Origin: a virus
Strand: one strand, 5' to 3'
Length of the DNA stretch: 64,000 nucleotides
Virus record (IMG/VR): IMGVR_UViG_3300020457_000004
Coordinates: 73,117-137,116 of that record
Under the pieces are notes generated by a model, which searched no databases, was not told the origin of the DNA, and saw only the letters and a program-made list of their open reading frames with translations. Positions 30,434 through 39,907 of this stretch are shown here, piece by piece. Position numbers and translations under genes: made by a program. The first letter of the stretch is position 1; each line of letters opens with the position of its first letter.

Positions 30434-30544
30434 TTAGAATGGTAACTTGTCAAATACTGTGTCAAGAAAATCCAACCAACCTTTTCGGTCTTTAATCCAT
30501 GCTCCAATTACTATCCCAATAACGAGTCCTGTAATTAACCACAT
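30434..30544 (-). CDS. 36-aa single-pass membrane peptide
   Basis: MWLITGLVIGIVIGAWIKDRKGWLDFLDTVFDKLPF with a strong AGGAGGAG SD; below the ORF track cutoff. Confidence 0.7.
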   Translation of the reverse strand: MWLITGLVIGIVIGAWIKDRKGWLDFLDTVFDKLPF

Positions 30545-30577
30545 ATCTTTCTCCTCCTTCTCTTTGAGAATTTGTTA

Positions 30578-30838
30578 GGACAGTATTCTGGTGCTAGGAA
30601 CTGTCCGAAACCCCGAGCGATTCTACGCCGCTAAAGCGTAGTCCTCATAAGCAGTATTATTTTCTGCATTTATGGTTTTGTTGCACTTACGGCAGCTTCC
30701 TCTCCGAACTCTCCACGCACCTATTAAGTTCCAGTCGATCCTGTTCGCCCCCTTAGTCGGGTCTATAAGAATTGATTGGTGGAGGCGGGGGGAATCGCAC
30801 CCCCGTCCTGTAAACCTTTCGACTTGTTTCATCGAGTT
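30578..30838 (-). ncRNA. ssrA: Circularly permuted two-piece tmRNA
   Basis: The acceptor piece ends GGACGGGGGTGCGATTCCCCCCGCCTCCACCA (CCA at 30777). After a 24-nt spacer the coding piece starts GGGGGCGAACAGGATCGAC (30752). The acceptor stem has a G3-U wobble pair. The tag frame 30667-30623 reads AENNTAYEDYALAA*, preceded by TAAAT. Outer ends are approximate. Confidence 0.93.
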
Positions 30839-30842
30839 AAGT

Positions 30843-30876
30843 TATTTATAATACTACAAGATAGGCCAAAAGTCAA
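30843..30876 (-). promoter_or_regulatory. Overlapping sigma70-like (TTGACT-17-TATTAT) and late (TATAAATA) promoters of the tmRNA
   Basis: TTGACTTTTGGCCTATCTTGTAGTATTATAAATA. Confidence 0.75.
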
Positions 30877-31532
30877 GCGTTATTTTCGTACAAATCTCGA
30901 CACTCTAGCAAATACTCCGTGTAATTGTCACGATGTTCTACGAATAATTGTGGTTCTTCGTTCGCTACACCAATGATAATTACTGATTTTGTGATAGGTA
31001 TTCCTGTTCTTTCTTCAAACATAATCGCGTAACCAGCACATTGAGCAAAATAGTTCTTTATATATGACTTGGTTTTAGGTTTAGCAGAGGTCTTAAAGTC
31101 AATAATAGACAATTGTCCCTCAAACTCAGCGATACAATCCGCCTGGCCAGCGAGTCTTAGGTGGTCGCTGTACAAAAATTGTTCAATCGCGTGTATGTTA
31201 TCTATCTTATCAAGGTAAAGGCGCATGTTATCGAACATGTCTTCCTCTACAAAAGACAACATTTCAGTATCAAGTTCCTTATTATTAAGATAATCCTCGC
31301 AAACACCATGAATTTTGGTTCCTCGAACAGACGATTGACGCGATATTTTGTTCGCTGCCTGTTCTCCTACCTTTTTTCTCCATGCTTTTATGGCTGGTTT
31401 TATCTTATATCCAAGAACGGTGGTGATAGAGGGATATCTATCACCGCTTTCCGTTACATATGTCCGTTTTCCTTCAAAATTCTCCCTCATCAACTGAGGG
31501 AAATCGTGTTTTTTGTCAATATGTGTAAACAT
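30873..31532 (-). CDS. PD-(D/E)XK exonuclease of T4-like phages
   Basis: YPSITTVL, W...VGE..AN, RGT..H..CE.YL, AGQADCIAE..G.LSIIDFKTS and YF.Q..GYA.M motifs. Confidence 0.9.
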   Translation of the reverse strand: MFTHIDKKHDFPQLMRENFEGKRTYVTESGDRYPSITTVLGYKIKPAIKAWRKKVGEQAANKISRQSSVRGTKIHGVCEDYLNNKELDTEMLSFVEEDMFDNMRLYLDKIDNIHAIEQFLYSDHLRLAGQADCIAEFEGQLSIIDFKTSAKPKTKSYIKNYFAQCAGYAIMFEERTGIPITKSVIIIGVANEEPQLFVEHRDNYTEYLLECRDLYENNA

Positions 31533-31559
31533 TATGTAAAAATCCTATATTATGCGACC

Positions 31560-31588
31560 ATTATACTAGCCTTTAGAGCAAATGTCAA
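31560..31588 (-). promoter_or_regulatory. Consensus sigma70 (early-type) promoter
   Basis: TTGACA-17 nt-TATAAT upstream of the exonuclease. Confidence 0.8.
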
Positions 31589-32346
31589 GTCCCATATTGT
31601 TCTTCGTATCGAATTCTTGATATTAAGTACTCTTTTACTAGGTCAGAACGAACAATATCACCCTCATTGAACTCAAAAGTCCTAAATGAAGGCATATTTT
31701 CAGCGATTACCATGAATTTCTGCAATCCACTCAAATCACCCTTCTTATATAGGTCAGTTTGGCGGAAGTCTCCACAGAATATAATCTTGGAATTGTGTCC
31801 TACGCGAGTTATGATAGAGTTAATCTCCATGTCGTTCATATTTTGACACTCATCAACAATAATAACAGAATTATCTAGTGTAATTCCTCTTACGAATGAT
31901 GTAATCATCCATTCTACATATTTTTGTTCGATTAGTCTCTGGAATGCCTGTTGTTTTGTTGGGAATAAGACGGAACACATGTCGATATATGGTTGCATGT
32001 ATACAGCAGTCTTTTCAGTTTCATCGCCTGGCAGATGTCCTATTTCTCTAGATGGGACAGCTGACCTAATAACGACTACTTTTTTGTATGGGTTTCCTCT
32101 TTGTAAAACCTCTTCTAATGCTCTGTACAAGGCAATATATGTTTTACCTGTTCCAGCACAACCATGCAACAACATTGCTTTACAATCTCTCTTGTATTCT
32201 GCGAAAAAGTGTCCTTGGGTTTCTGTTAGTGCATCGATTGTAATTAAATCTTCAATACGCATTTTTAAAGTTGATTTTTTCTTTACCTGTTGTATATCAG
32301 AATTTAAATTCTCAATTACTTGTAGGTTGCTTTTGCGTCTTGGCAT
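31585..32346 (-). CDS. phoH: PhoH family ATPase
   Basis: GCAGTGKT Walker A, RSAVPSREIGHLPG, SFVRGITL, DECQN, GDFRQTDL and DIVRS motifs. Confidence 0.96.
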   Translation of the reverse strand: MPRRKSNLQVIENLNSDIQQVKKKSTLKMRIEDLITIDALTETQGHFFAEYKRDCKAMLLHGCAGTGKTYIALYRALEEVLQRGNPYKKVVVIRSAVPSREIGHLPGDETEKTAVYMQPYIDMCSVLFPTKQQAFQRLIEQKYVEWMITSFVRGITLDNSVIIVDECQNMNDMEINSIITRVGHNSKIIFCGDFRQTDLYKKGDLSGLQKFMVIAENMPSFRTFEFNEGDIVRSDLVKEYLISRIRYEEQYGT

Positions 32347-32420
32347 GTGGTATTTCTCCAGATGGGTTAGTTAAAAAAAATGATATCCATCATAAAGATT
32401 TCTATTACATATCTTCTCCT

Positions 32421-32717
32421 TTAGTTATAAAGCGCTGAAAGTGGCAGAACCTCAGCAGATTGAATGATTCTGCGAATCTGTTTTTTGCATGGTTCTGATA
32501 TTATTTGATTATCCAGACAATCGGACATTTTTTCAATGACGAATTCTGGTTCTAATGTGCGAAGATCTTGGCGTACCCATTTCTTTGGGTCATCCAAATC
32601 ATCGGTTAGATTAAGACATAAAAGGACGATATAGATATCCTCTTCTGTGTATAGATTTATTCTGTATCCTGTTGGTTCCCATTTATGCTTCTTCGGGAAC
32701 TTCAGTATATTACTCAT
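32421..32717 (-). CDS. Hypothetical protein
   Basis: 98-aa ORF coupled to the upstream gene. Confidence 0.6.
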   Translation of the reverse strand: MSNILKFPKKHKWEPTGYRINLYTEEDIYIVLLCLNLTDDLDDPKKWVRQDLRTLEPEFVIEKMSDCLDNQIISEPCKKQIRRIIQSAEVLPLSALYN

Positions 32718-33589
32718 GTTAATAACTTTTCACCAACCTTTGTACCGTATAACTTATGACTTTCGGCACAAGGATGGCCCCTTGGTAATCTCTCTATGAT
32801 GTTAGCACCCAGAGGGTCTAACTTTGTTCCTTCTATAATATACTTATCTATTTCAGATTCTAGAAATTTGATTTGAGATGCAAATTGTGGTGTATCAAAG
32901 TCCATTTCATATTGTTTTTTATACCATTCTATGTTAAATACATCTAACATTGGTATAATATAGAACTTTATGTCGTTAATTTTACAGAGATTGATGATAC
33001 TGTAGATTTCATGGAGAAAATGCCAAAACAGAGTATATACTCCCTTTAGACGCATATACTTTTTAGCAAAGTCTGGGTCACCCCTTCTTTCAAAGTCAGT
33101 AGCAACTACAAGACTCCTCGCGGAACCATATTTTCCCAAAGTATTATTTGTATTATCTTCATATTCTGTAAATATCATTTCTCTGGCAAACCCAGTAAGA
33201 CCAATTACAATCGCCTCTTTGTTTTTATCTATCTCATATTCTTCTCCCATGATATGTGATAGTATTTTAGCTTTCATATAGGTCATCGATGCTCCGTGGG
33301 CTCCATGATTATAAGACCTAACTCTCAAAAGATTGCACATGTGTTGTGCCCACGATAACTGATTTTCTAATTTCATTTTTTTCTTAAAAAGAAGTTCTCG
33401 TGACAATTTTCTTTTGTAATATCCCTCTACGGTTTCTCCCTTCTGTCTTTTCATTTCCTTTACTGGAATACGCATGGGGTCAGGCATTTCTTTATCCATA
33501 AGTTCTTGCCCAGCAACATAGGAACACCCATAAAAGTGAAGTCCATCTACCTTTATGGTTTCACCGTTGTGGTACTTTATCTCACGCAC
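32714..33589 (-). CDS. SGNH/GDSL-fold hydrolase or acyltransferase-like protein
   Basis: N-terminal FYGCSY, N.G..GAS and C-terminal GHP...SH motifs. Confidence 0.6.
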   Translation of the reverse strand: MREIKYHNGETIKVDGLHFYGCSYVAGQELMDKEMPDPMRIPVKEMKRQKGETVEGYYKRKLSRELLFKKKMKLENQLSWAQHMCNLLRVRSYNHGAHGASMTYMKAKILSHIMGEEYEIDKNKEAIVIGLTGFAREMIFTEYEDNTNNTLGKYGSARSLVVATDFERRGDPDFAKKYMRLKGVYTLFWHFLHEIYSIINLCKINDIKFYIIPMLDVFNIEWYKKQYEMDFDTPQFASQIKFLESEIDKYIIEGTKLDPLGANIIERLPRGHPCAESHKLYGTKVGEKLLT

Positions 33590-34992
33590 ACTTTAACTCC
33601 ATACTTCTTCTCAAATCTAGCTGCATCTTTTTCATCATTTACTATTGGTTCGCCTTTGATGTTCAAACTAGTATTTAGTAAGATAGGGTGACCACTATGT
33701 GTTTTCCATCTTCTTAACAACTGAGATAATCCGCTGTGTTGTTCGTCATTGACAGTCTGAACTCTACTGGTTCCATCTTTGTGTACTATGGCAGGAAATA
33801 GTTCTGGTTCTTTGCATCTAACTACATGTTGCATATATGGTGATTTAAATCCTTCTGGTACATCAAAATACTTGTGTACCTCTGATTCTAATATAACTGG
33901 TGCAAAGGGTCTAAACTCTTGTCTCTTCTTAATCTTATTAACAACATCTTTCATCTCTGAACCTTTTGGGTCTGCAAGTAAACTTCTATTACCCAAAGCT
34001 CTAGGCCCAAACTCTGCCCTACCATTTGCAACACCAACTATTTTCAATGCGACAAGATTTGCCAGTAGGTCATTCGTTGGATATGTGCCTTCTATATTGT
34101 ATCCAAGATAAGGCGTTTTCCAATTTAATTTTATATGTTCTCTAGCTGCAATCGCACCAATGGAAGAACCAGCATCGCCTGGATTGGGCATAATCCAATG
34201 ATTAGAAAAATATTCTGGAATAAGTCTATTTGCCAAACAATTTAAGGCACACCCACCCATGAAAACCAAATTGGTTTCATCTGTCAATCTTGCAGCTGTA
34301 AACAATAACTTTCTAAACTCCCATTCGTAGATTTTTTGTGTAGCAGCTGCGACATCAAAATAATCCTCTTCTTTTAAATCTGGGTTCCACCACTTACATC
34401 CTCTATGTAAGTTTTCTTTTAGTAATCGTTTAATATCACGATGAAATCTACTTGGGTCACCATAAGCAGCCATACCCATAAGAATATACTCATCTTCATT
34501 TGCCTTCAGTCCAATTCTATCTGTCATCGCGGAATAGAACAATCCCAATGAGTCTGGATACCTAGAAGTCCAAATACACTCCATATCCTTCCATATAGAT
34601 GTGGTAGTCCACTCTCCAATAGCATCAATAACTAATATAGCAGAACTTTTAAATGGTGAAGTGTAATATCCAGCAGCTGCATGTGATTTGTGGTGAGTAG
34701 TATAGTGTGGTGATTTAATTCCAAAATGTTTTAAATATTTTTTAGGACTCACCCACGGTCTTTGTTGTTTAGCGTATTTTTTCCTTGTCCATTTTAACCA
34801 AGGATTTTCATACCAATAAACATGGTCTGGTTCTCCATATTTTTTTGCCTCCATGATAATTTCTGGATTAAGAAATGCATCATTTTTTATACCACTAAAT
34901 CTCTCACTATGAGAGGCAAACAATATCTCATCATCTCTAACAACCGCTAAAGAAGCGTCATGTGTACAAGCACTAATTCCCCAACTTATCAT
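33577..34992 (-). CDS. Carbamoyltransferase, NodU/CmcH/TobZ family
   Basis: HDAS, ERFS.IKND, HHKSHAAA, DAIGE, GGCALNC.AN, GDAG, EFGPRALGNRS, KKR.EFRPFAP and LNTSLN..GEPIV motifs. Confidence 0.96.
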   Translation of the reverse strand: MISWGISACTHDASLAVVRDDEILFASHSERFSGIKNDAFLNPEIIMEAKKYGEPDHVYWYENPWLKWTRKKYAKQQRPWVSPKKYLKHFGIKSPHYTTHHKSHAAAGYYTSPFKSSAILVIDAIGEWTTTSIWKDMECIWTSRYPDSLGLFYSAMTDRIGLKANEDEYILMGMAAYGDPSRFHRDIKRLLKENLHRGCKWWNPDLKEEDYFDVAAATQKIYEWEFRKLLFTAARLTDETNLVFMGGCALNCLANRLIPEYFSNHWIMPNPGDAGSSIGAIAAREHIKLNWKTPYLGYNIEGTYPTNDLLANLVALKIVGVANGRAEFGPRALGNRSLLADPKGSEMKDVVNKIKKRQEFRPFAPVILESEVHKYFDVPEGFKSPYMQHVVRCKEPELFPAIVHKDGTSRVQTVNDEQHSGLSQLLRRWKTHSGHPILLNTSLNIKGEPIVNDEKDAARFEKKYGVKVCVR

Positions 34993-35782
34993 TTAAATGT
35001 TCCGCTATTTCTTTCTGTGTCTCTGTGTAGTAATGATTACCAGCGTGTCTAGGATTAGGAGTAAACTCATCGTTTGTTGGTATCGCATTTTCTCCAATCC
35101 ATTGCCAATATTTGTTAAAAACCTCTTTTCTGCGTGTACCGTCTGTTTCCAATGTATCTGGATTGTCTGCCTTAGTTTCTAACTGCAATCTCCATGACGG
35201 TGCTTCTATGAAAAAATATTTAACTCCTAATAATTTTATATGTCTCAATAAGTGATAATAGTTCCAAGATATATTCCAATAGTTTCCCCACTCATATGGA
35301 GCAACGGTTTTGTGCATACTGTCAAACTGTAGTTCTAACCATCTATAGGGATGAGGCACCTGTAAAATTATTTCATCTTTTGTAATATCAATGGAACCGT
35401 CCATGATATCCTCTTCCAATGAATACAAACAAAGTTCTAATGAACCACCACCAAAAGCACGATTCATATAATGTGTATGACCGCGAAGTTCTGCTAGATA
35501 CCTTACCCATGTTAAAGACCTACATATATCCTCGCCACTTTCTAAATGCGATATTTCTTTTAAAGAAACACTACGAAAGATGTTACCAAATTTAGAATAT
35601 GGGTCAACTTCATGTCCGTATAGTTTCCAAATCTTTTTCCAAGCTTGCGGTAGTGTATCACCACCAGAGATATACTTAGATTTTAATTTATTAACAGTTT
35701 CTATGTCTGTCCCCAACATTATGTGGTCAGCTAATTCTGCACCAGCTGTGTGGGAACATCCATATGCTACAAGTCTAGTCAT
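34973..35782 (-). CDS. SGNH-fold-like hypothetical protein
   Basis: VAYGCSHTAG, N.A.GG.S and C-terminal NHY; paralog-like to 32714-33589. Confidence 0.55.
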   Translation of the reverse strand: MTRLVAYGCSHTAGAELADHIMLGTDIETVNKLKSKYISGGDTLPQAWKKIWKLYGHEVDPYSKFGNIFRSVSLKEISHLESGEDICRSLTWVRYLAELRGHTHYMNRAFGGGSLELCLYSLEEDIMDGSIDITKDEIILQVPHPYRWLELQFDSMHKTVAPYEWGNYWNISWNYYHLLRHIKLLGVKYFFIEAPSWRLQLETKADNPDTLETDGTRRKEVFNKYWQWIGENAIPTNDEFTPNPRHAGNHYYTETQKEIAEHLNDKLGN

Positions 35783-35999
35783 AGATGAAAGGGTCTCGTT
35801 CTCGCATCTTTTTCATTTTCTTTTCTAGTTCTTCTTGTTTTTCTTTTTCTTTTTGTTCTATCTCATCAAGTTTCTTGTTCAAGGACTTATCAAGAGAGTC
35901 GGTCTTCTCCGAGACCTCCAACAACACCTTCCTGATCACTTTGGTTAATCTCCCAGCTTTCATGAATTTGTGTAGTTTCTTTTTTGTTCGTTGTTTCAT
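35775..35999 (-). CDS. Small basic coiled-coil protein
   Basis: GGAG SD before MKQRTKKK at 35999; ends RERDPFIYD and overlaps the next start. Confidence 0.65.
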   Translation of the reverse strand: MKQRTKKKLHKFMKAGRLTKVIRKVLLEVSEKTDSLDKSLNKKLDEIEQKEKEKQEELEKKMKKMRERDPFIYD

Positions 36000-37128
36000 T
36001 TCTCGTATCTCCGTAGTGTACAACATTTATTCCCACATGACTTCTCCAAGGGTCAAACACAACTCCCTCATAATCGGTAGGTATCAAATCCGACTCGTGT
36101 ACCTTTACGATGACATGTGGGTTTTCATCTACAGGTACAATAAATCCATATCTTTTTACATAGTGTTGGACTAATAGACTGTAACTACCGTTTGTATATG
36201 GAACATCTGGTTTATATGAATCAGATGTAAATGCAATTTTATTTCCGTGTTTTAAAATTGCCATTGCCATATTATCTGCTTGTATGTCTCGTGCCTTCAT
36301 TATTTCAGCAAACAAGTCATACCCTAAATTTAAATCTTGTGCCATGTATCTAAGTGCAATATTGTCTCTTGGATGACACGCGCCACCATCACCCATACCA
36401 GCTTTCATGTAACTAGGCCCCATGATTCTCTGAGTACTTTTTTTCAATGCATTTGTTACTACATCAACATTAATATTACCCTGTCTTTCTGCAACATCCT
36501 GTATCATGTTTACAAGACCAATTTTTGCGCTAATGAAGGTATTATAAAACACCTTAATACATTCACACTCATCCCAAGTACCAACTTCATAACGCGGTTC
36601 GTTTTCCATTATCTCATTATAGAAGTGTATGAGACTATGTGCTTCCATAGACTCTTCTCCATTCTCTGTTCCTATCATTACCATCTCTGGATTTACCATA
36701 TCCCACGCGACTGTACCCATGGCAATCAAATATGGATTATAAACAAATTTAGGATTGGTTATAAGAGGCACTACTTCTTTTCTTACGGTGCCTGGCAATA
36801 CCGTACTGATAAGAACCAATATCTGTTTCTTTGTCATATGTTTATTTGCTTCAGCGATTACTTCTTTTACGGTATCATAATTAAAGTCTTTTGGTGGCAA
36901 ATGGTATGTAGGTTCTGAACCATCATAAAGTGGGTCATGCGGTGTGGGTACTGCAACAAATACAAATACTCTATCTTTTACAACTTCTTCTATTGTATCT
37001 TTAACATTACAATATTCGCTTTCTACTTCGCGTGTATCATAAACACTAACATCGTGTCCTTTTTGTGCAATAACTTCAGCACATGGTTTACCTAATTTAC
37101 CAAATCCAATAAATGCAACATTGGTCAT
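35890..37128 (-). CDS. UDP-glucose/GDP-mannose 6-dehydrogenase family protein
   Basis: IGFGKLG, FVAVPTP, STVLPGT, K...NTF...KI and GGACHPRD (catalytic Cys) motifs. Confidence 0.9.
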   Translation of the reverse strand: MTNVAFIGFGKLGKPCAEVIAQKGHDVSVYDTREVESEYCNVKDTIEEVVKDRVFVFVAVPTPHDPLYDGSEPTYHLPPKDFNYDTVKEVIAEANKHMTKKQILVLISTVLPGTVRKEVVPLITNPKFVYNPYLIAMGTVAWDMVNPEMVMIGTENGEESMEAHSLIHFYNEIMENEPRYEVGTWDECECIKVFYNTFISAKIGLVNMIQDVAERQGNINVDVVTNALKKSTQRIMGPSYMKAGMGDGGACHPRDNIALRYMAQDLNLGYDLFAEIMKARDIQADNMAMAILKHGNKIAFTSDSYKPDVPYTNGSYSLLVQHYVKRYGFIVPVDENPHVIVKVHESDLIPTDYEGVVFDPWRSHVGINVVHYGDTRNETTNKKETTQIHESWEINQSDQEGVVGGLGEDRLS

Positions 37129-38168
37129 AACTTACTAATCTCCATAATATTATTGTAGTTTTCATTAATTACCTCTAAGACTCTTTTTCTATTGTACATG
37201 AGTCTATCTTCTAGTTTTGCGTATAGATTGTTTAATTCATCCAATCCGTAATTCAATTGGAACTGGGTCATATCTTTTAAAGCATTCTCTATTCGCCAGT
37301 ATTTATCGGGTTCATCAAGATGAATATTTGGAAACAAGTCTTCAAAAGTATCAAATTTCCATTCTTTTAATTTTTTATATAGATATCTATCACCTATAAT
37401 AATAAATGGTCTAAGTCCTATCAAGGGTTTAAAGGTTTTTTCACTTAAAAACACATCAGTATGCATAACGCTTTCTGTAACAACCGTACAAAAGTGTTTG
37501 TTCCAATACTGTGGTTCACCTAAAGATATAATATCATTTGCTAAGTGTGTATCACTTAATTTTTCCCAATCATAAGCCTTTTCCATTATATGTGGTGGTC
37601 TGTTTTCCTTTAATATAATAGGATTTTCAAATATATAATCTTCATGTGGTTTTACAGCAGAAACTATAGTATCTTTAAAATGTCCCATAGTAAATAAATT
37701 ATTTAAAAAATGAATCCTGTGGTCATGTGGTTGGTGATTCAAAGTCATAAAGTGTTTCTGTATGTTCGGCATCTCAGTATAACATTCATCAAAGAAAGTG
37801 TCAAGGTGATTATGAATAAAAGATAACCAAAAACTAAAATAATGACCTTTTCTACTGTTTCCTATATTGATAACCTCCCACCGTTCATTTAAAAATTTAT
37901 GTGCCTCCACACATTCTGGCACACAATCAGTACTTTCCCAATCCATACCAGAGTACACCAAAATTCTTGGTGTTTCACCAGCTTTAAATTGACTCGCGTT
38001 GAACCATTGCTTTAATTGCGCTACATTATCACCAACTGACCACCATGTAGAATTTATCAGAATACAATCATCTGGTTTTAGTTGTTTTAGTTCACTAACA
38101 AACTTTCTTTCAAATTCTGTTATATGTTGACTGCCGCTTTTTATGTCTGCGCCTTTACTCCAATACAT
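37125..38168 (-). CDS. Putative glycosyltransferase-like protein (SEKxxKP family)
   Basis: VVTES...FLSEKTFKP..GLRPFIIIG, reminiscent of the GT10 donor-binding E...TEK motif (inference). Confidence 0.5.
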   Translation of the reverse strand: MYWSKGADIKSGSQHITEFERKFVSELKQLKPDDCILINSTWWSVGDNVAQLKQWFNASQFKAGETPRILVYSGMDWESTDCVPECVEAHKFLNERWEVINIGNSRKGHYFSFWLSFIHNHLDTFFDECYTEMPNIQKHFMTLNHQPHDHRIHFLNNLFTMGHFKDTIVSAVKPHEDYIFENPIILKENRPPHIMEKAYDWEKLSDTHLANDIISLGEPQYWNKHFCTVVTESVMHTDVFLSEKTFKPLIGLRPFIIIGDRYLYKKLKEWKFDTFEDLFPNIHLDEPDKYWRIENALKDMTQFQLNYGLDELNNLYAKLEDRLMYNRKRVLEVINENYNNIMEISKL

Positions 38169-39907
38169 TAATTAATCTCAACTCCATGTGAAGACAACTG
38201 ACTCAATATACCAACCGTGTGTTTTTCAAAGTCTGGTCTAGAGTTTTTAAATACCTCAAAATTATGTTTTAGTTTATCTCTAACTGAATTATATTTGTGA
38301 ACTTTTTCATCATGAGTTAACTGTTTCCATTGTTCAAGATTTTTAACTAAAATACTAAATCGTTTTTTAGCATCATATTCTTGGTCATAACTTTCATCAA
38401 ACATTTCTGGAAAAGTCTCATAACCAAGATACCTAAGATGTCTTAATGTTCCCATACTACCAACAACCATAAAAGGATGTCTATAAGCAATGGGTTTAAA
38501 TATTTTTTCTGATAAGAACAGAGCGTCTGGGTCATCGTGGAAAAGTGTTTCTGAAACAAAACTAAAAAAAGAATCTTTATACATCTCAGATGTTATCAAT
38601 CTATCATCAGCATCAACATCATTTGTGCTTGCGTCTGCAATAACCCTGTCTCTATCTTTCCAGAACTTATAAACATTTTCTATCTGTACATCATAAGAAA
38701 AGAAAGAAACATAACTATTTTCTTTCCTAGCAGTAAAAGCAGTTATATCACGACCATTATACATTTGTTTTTTCCATTCTGTTTGTGGAGCGCCTGTACT
38801 ATCTTCATCAATAATGGCATCCCTAGCTAGGAAACTAATATAAGAATTATCATTATTATACCCTAGTCTATGCAACTCCGCAACTAACCCAGGCCTATGA
38901 GACCTTGGTCTCGCGTTCAAACATATTAAGTCTTTTTTCTTGTCTCCGCCAGTAGGTACACCTACAAGAACTTCATCTGGTTTACATCTTTCAAATGAAT
39001 CCCTAATAACTTGATTGGGCGCTGTATCCAGTAGAGTAGAATCAAAATCCTCATATGGTATTACAACATGGTCAGTAAATCCACCAGTTAAATCTGAAGC
39101 GCCATAATGATTCTGGTGCATGTATTTTGGATTCTGTAATCTATGTACATACACGCCAGTTCGTTCTGAATATTCTTTCCAATAATCACAATGGAAATAA
39201 TCGTAAGATATTACCTTTGTAAACTCAAAGGTTGTTTTATCCATACCGTGTCTGGTTCTTAACCATCGGTCATAATTATGTTTTGCCTGCAAATCACCAA
39301 AAACAAAATAACATATAGTTTCTTCTAGTTGATGAGCTCTCATTTGCATATGAAAATGATGTAACCATCCTTCAGCATGGAACCCTTGATAATAATTCAT
39401 ACCTTCATGCGGAAACCATAATACCATGGCTAAATGTCTGTGTCGTAAGTGATGAACTATCTGTTGAGGAATAGCATTGAGAGCGGTTATCCACTCTTGA
39501 CTGAATATAAACTGGGGTTCTAAGAAGTAAAGATTGTTTGTATTTTTATGAATACCATTTGGGTCAAAGTCACCCACATCAACCAACTCGTAAGGCCAGT
39601 CAACGCTTTGATAATGTCCAATGACAGATGTAATGTAATTAAAAACACCGTGAGCTTCTGGTGAACCAGAACCATTAGCTAGAGGCCAAGACATGCAGTC
39701 TTCGTGGTCTACCTTTAGTCTTTTCCTATCAAAGATAAGGTAATGTGTTTCTTTGGGAGTGCTTTTTCTAACTAAGTATTTTTGCAATACGCTAGTGTTG
39801 ATTCTTTTTAAGTCTGCTAATTCACTTCTAAGACCAATTACTTCATTAACTAATCTGTCCAAAGTACTGTTTAGGGTTCCAAGGTTCTCGTCCGATTCCG
39901 CCATCAA
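38168..39907 (-). CDS. Putative glycosyltransferase-like protein (SEKxxKP family)
   Basis: LNARPRSHR, VSET...FLSEKIFKPI..RHPF.VVG..G.L..LR.LGYETF...DESYD; start codon uncertain. Confidence 0.55.
   Translation of the reverse strand: MMAESDENLGTLNSTLDRLVNEVIGLRSELADLKRINTSVLQKYLVRKSTPKETHYLIFDRKRLKVDHEDCMSWPLANGSGSPEAHGVFNYITSVIGHYQSVDWPYELVDVGDFDPNGIHKNTNNLYFLEPQFIFSQEWITALNAIPQQIVHHLRHRHLAMVLWFPHEGMNYYQGFHAEGWLHHFHMQMRAHQLEETICYFVFGDLQAKHNYDRWLRTRHGMDKTTFEFTKVISYDYFHCDYWKEYSERTGVYVHRLQNPKYMHQNHYGASDLTGGFTDHVVIPYEDFDSTLLDTAPNQVIRDSFERCKPDEVLVGVPTGGDKKKDLICLNARPRSHRPGLVAELHRLGYNNDNSYISFLARDAIIDEDSTGAPQTEWKKQMYNGRDITAFTARKENSYVSFFSYDVQIENVYKFWKDRDRVIADASTNDVDADDRLITSEMYKDSFFSFVSETLFHDDPDALFLSEKIFKPIAYRHPFMVVGSMGTLRHLRYLGYETFPEMFDESYDQEYDAKKRFSILVKNLEQWKQLTHDEKVHKYNSVRDKLKHNFEVFKNSRPDFEKHTVGILSQLSSHGVEIN

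Noticed and set aside
30623-30832. 69-aa ORF ending YEDYALAA
   Set aside because: It is the tmRNA tag frame extended by chance through the RNA gene, not an independent CDS
30873-31532. Exonuclease as a possible Cas4
   Set aside because: Lacks the four-Cys Fe-S pattern and any CRISPR context; fits the common T4-like PD-(D/E)XK exonuclease
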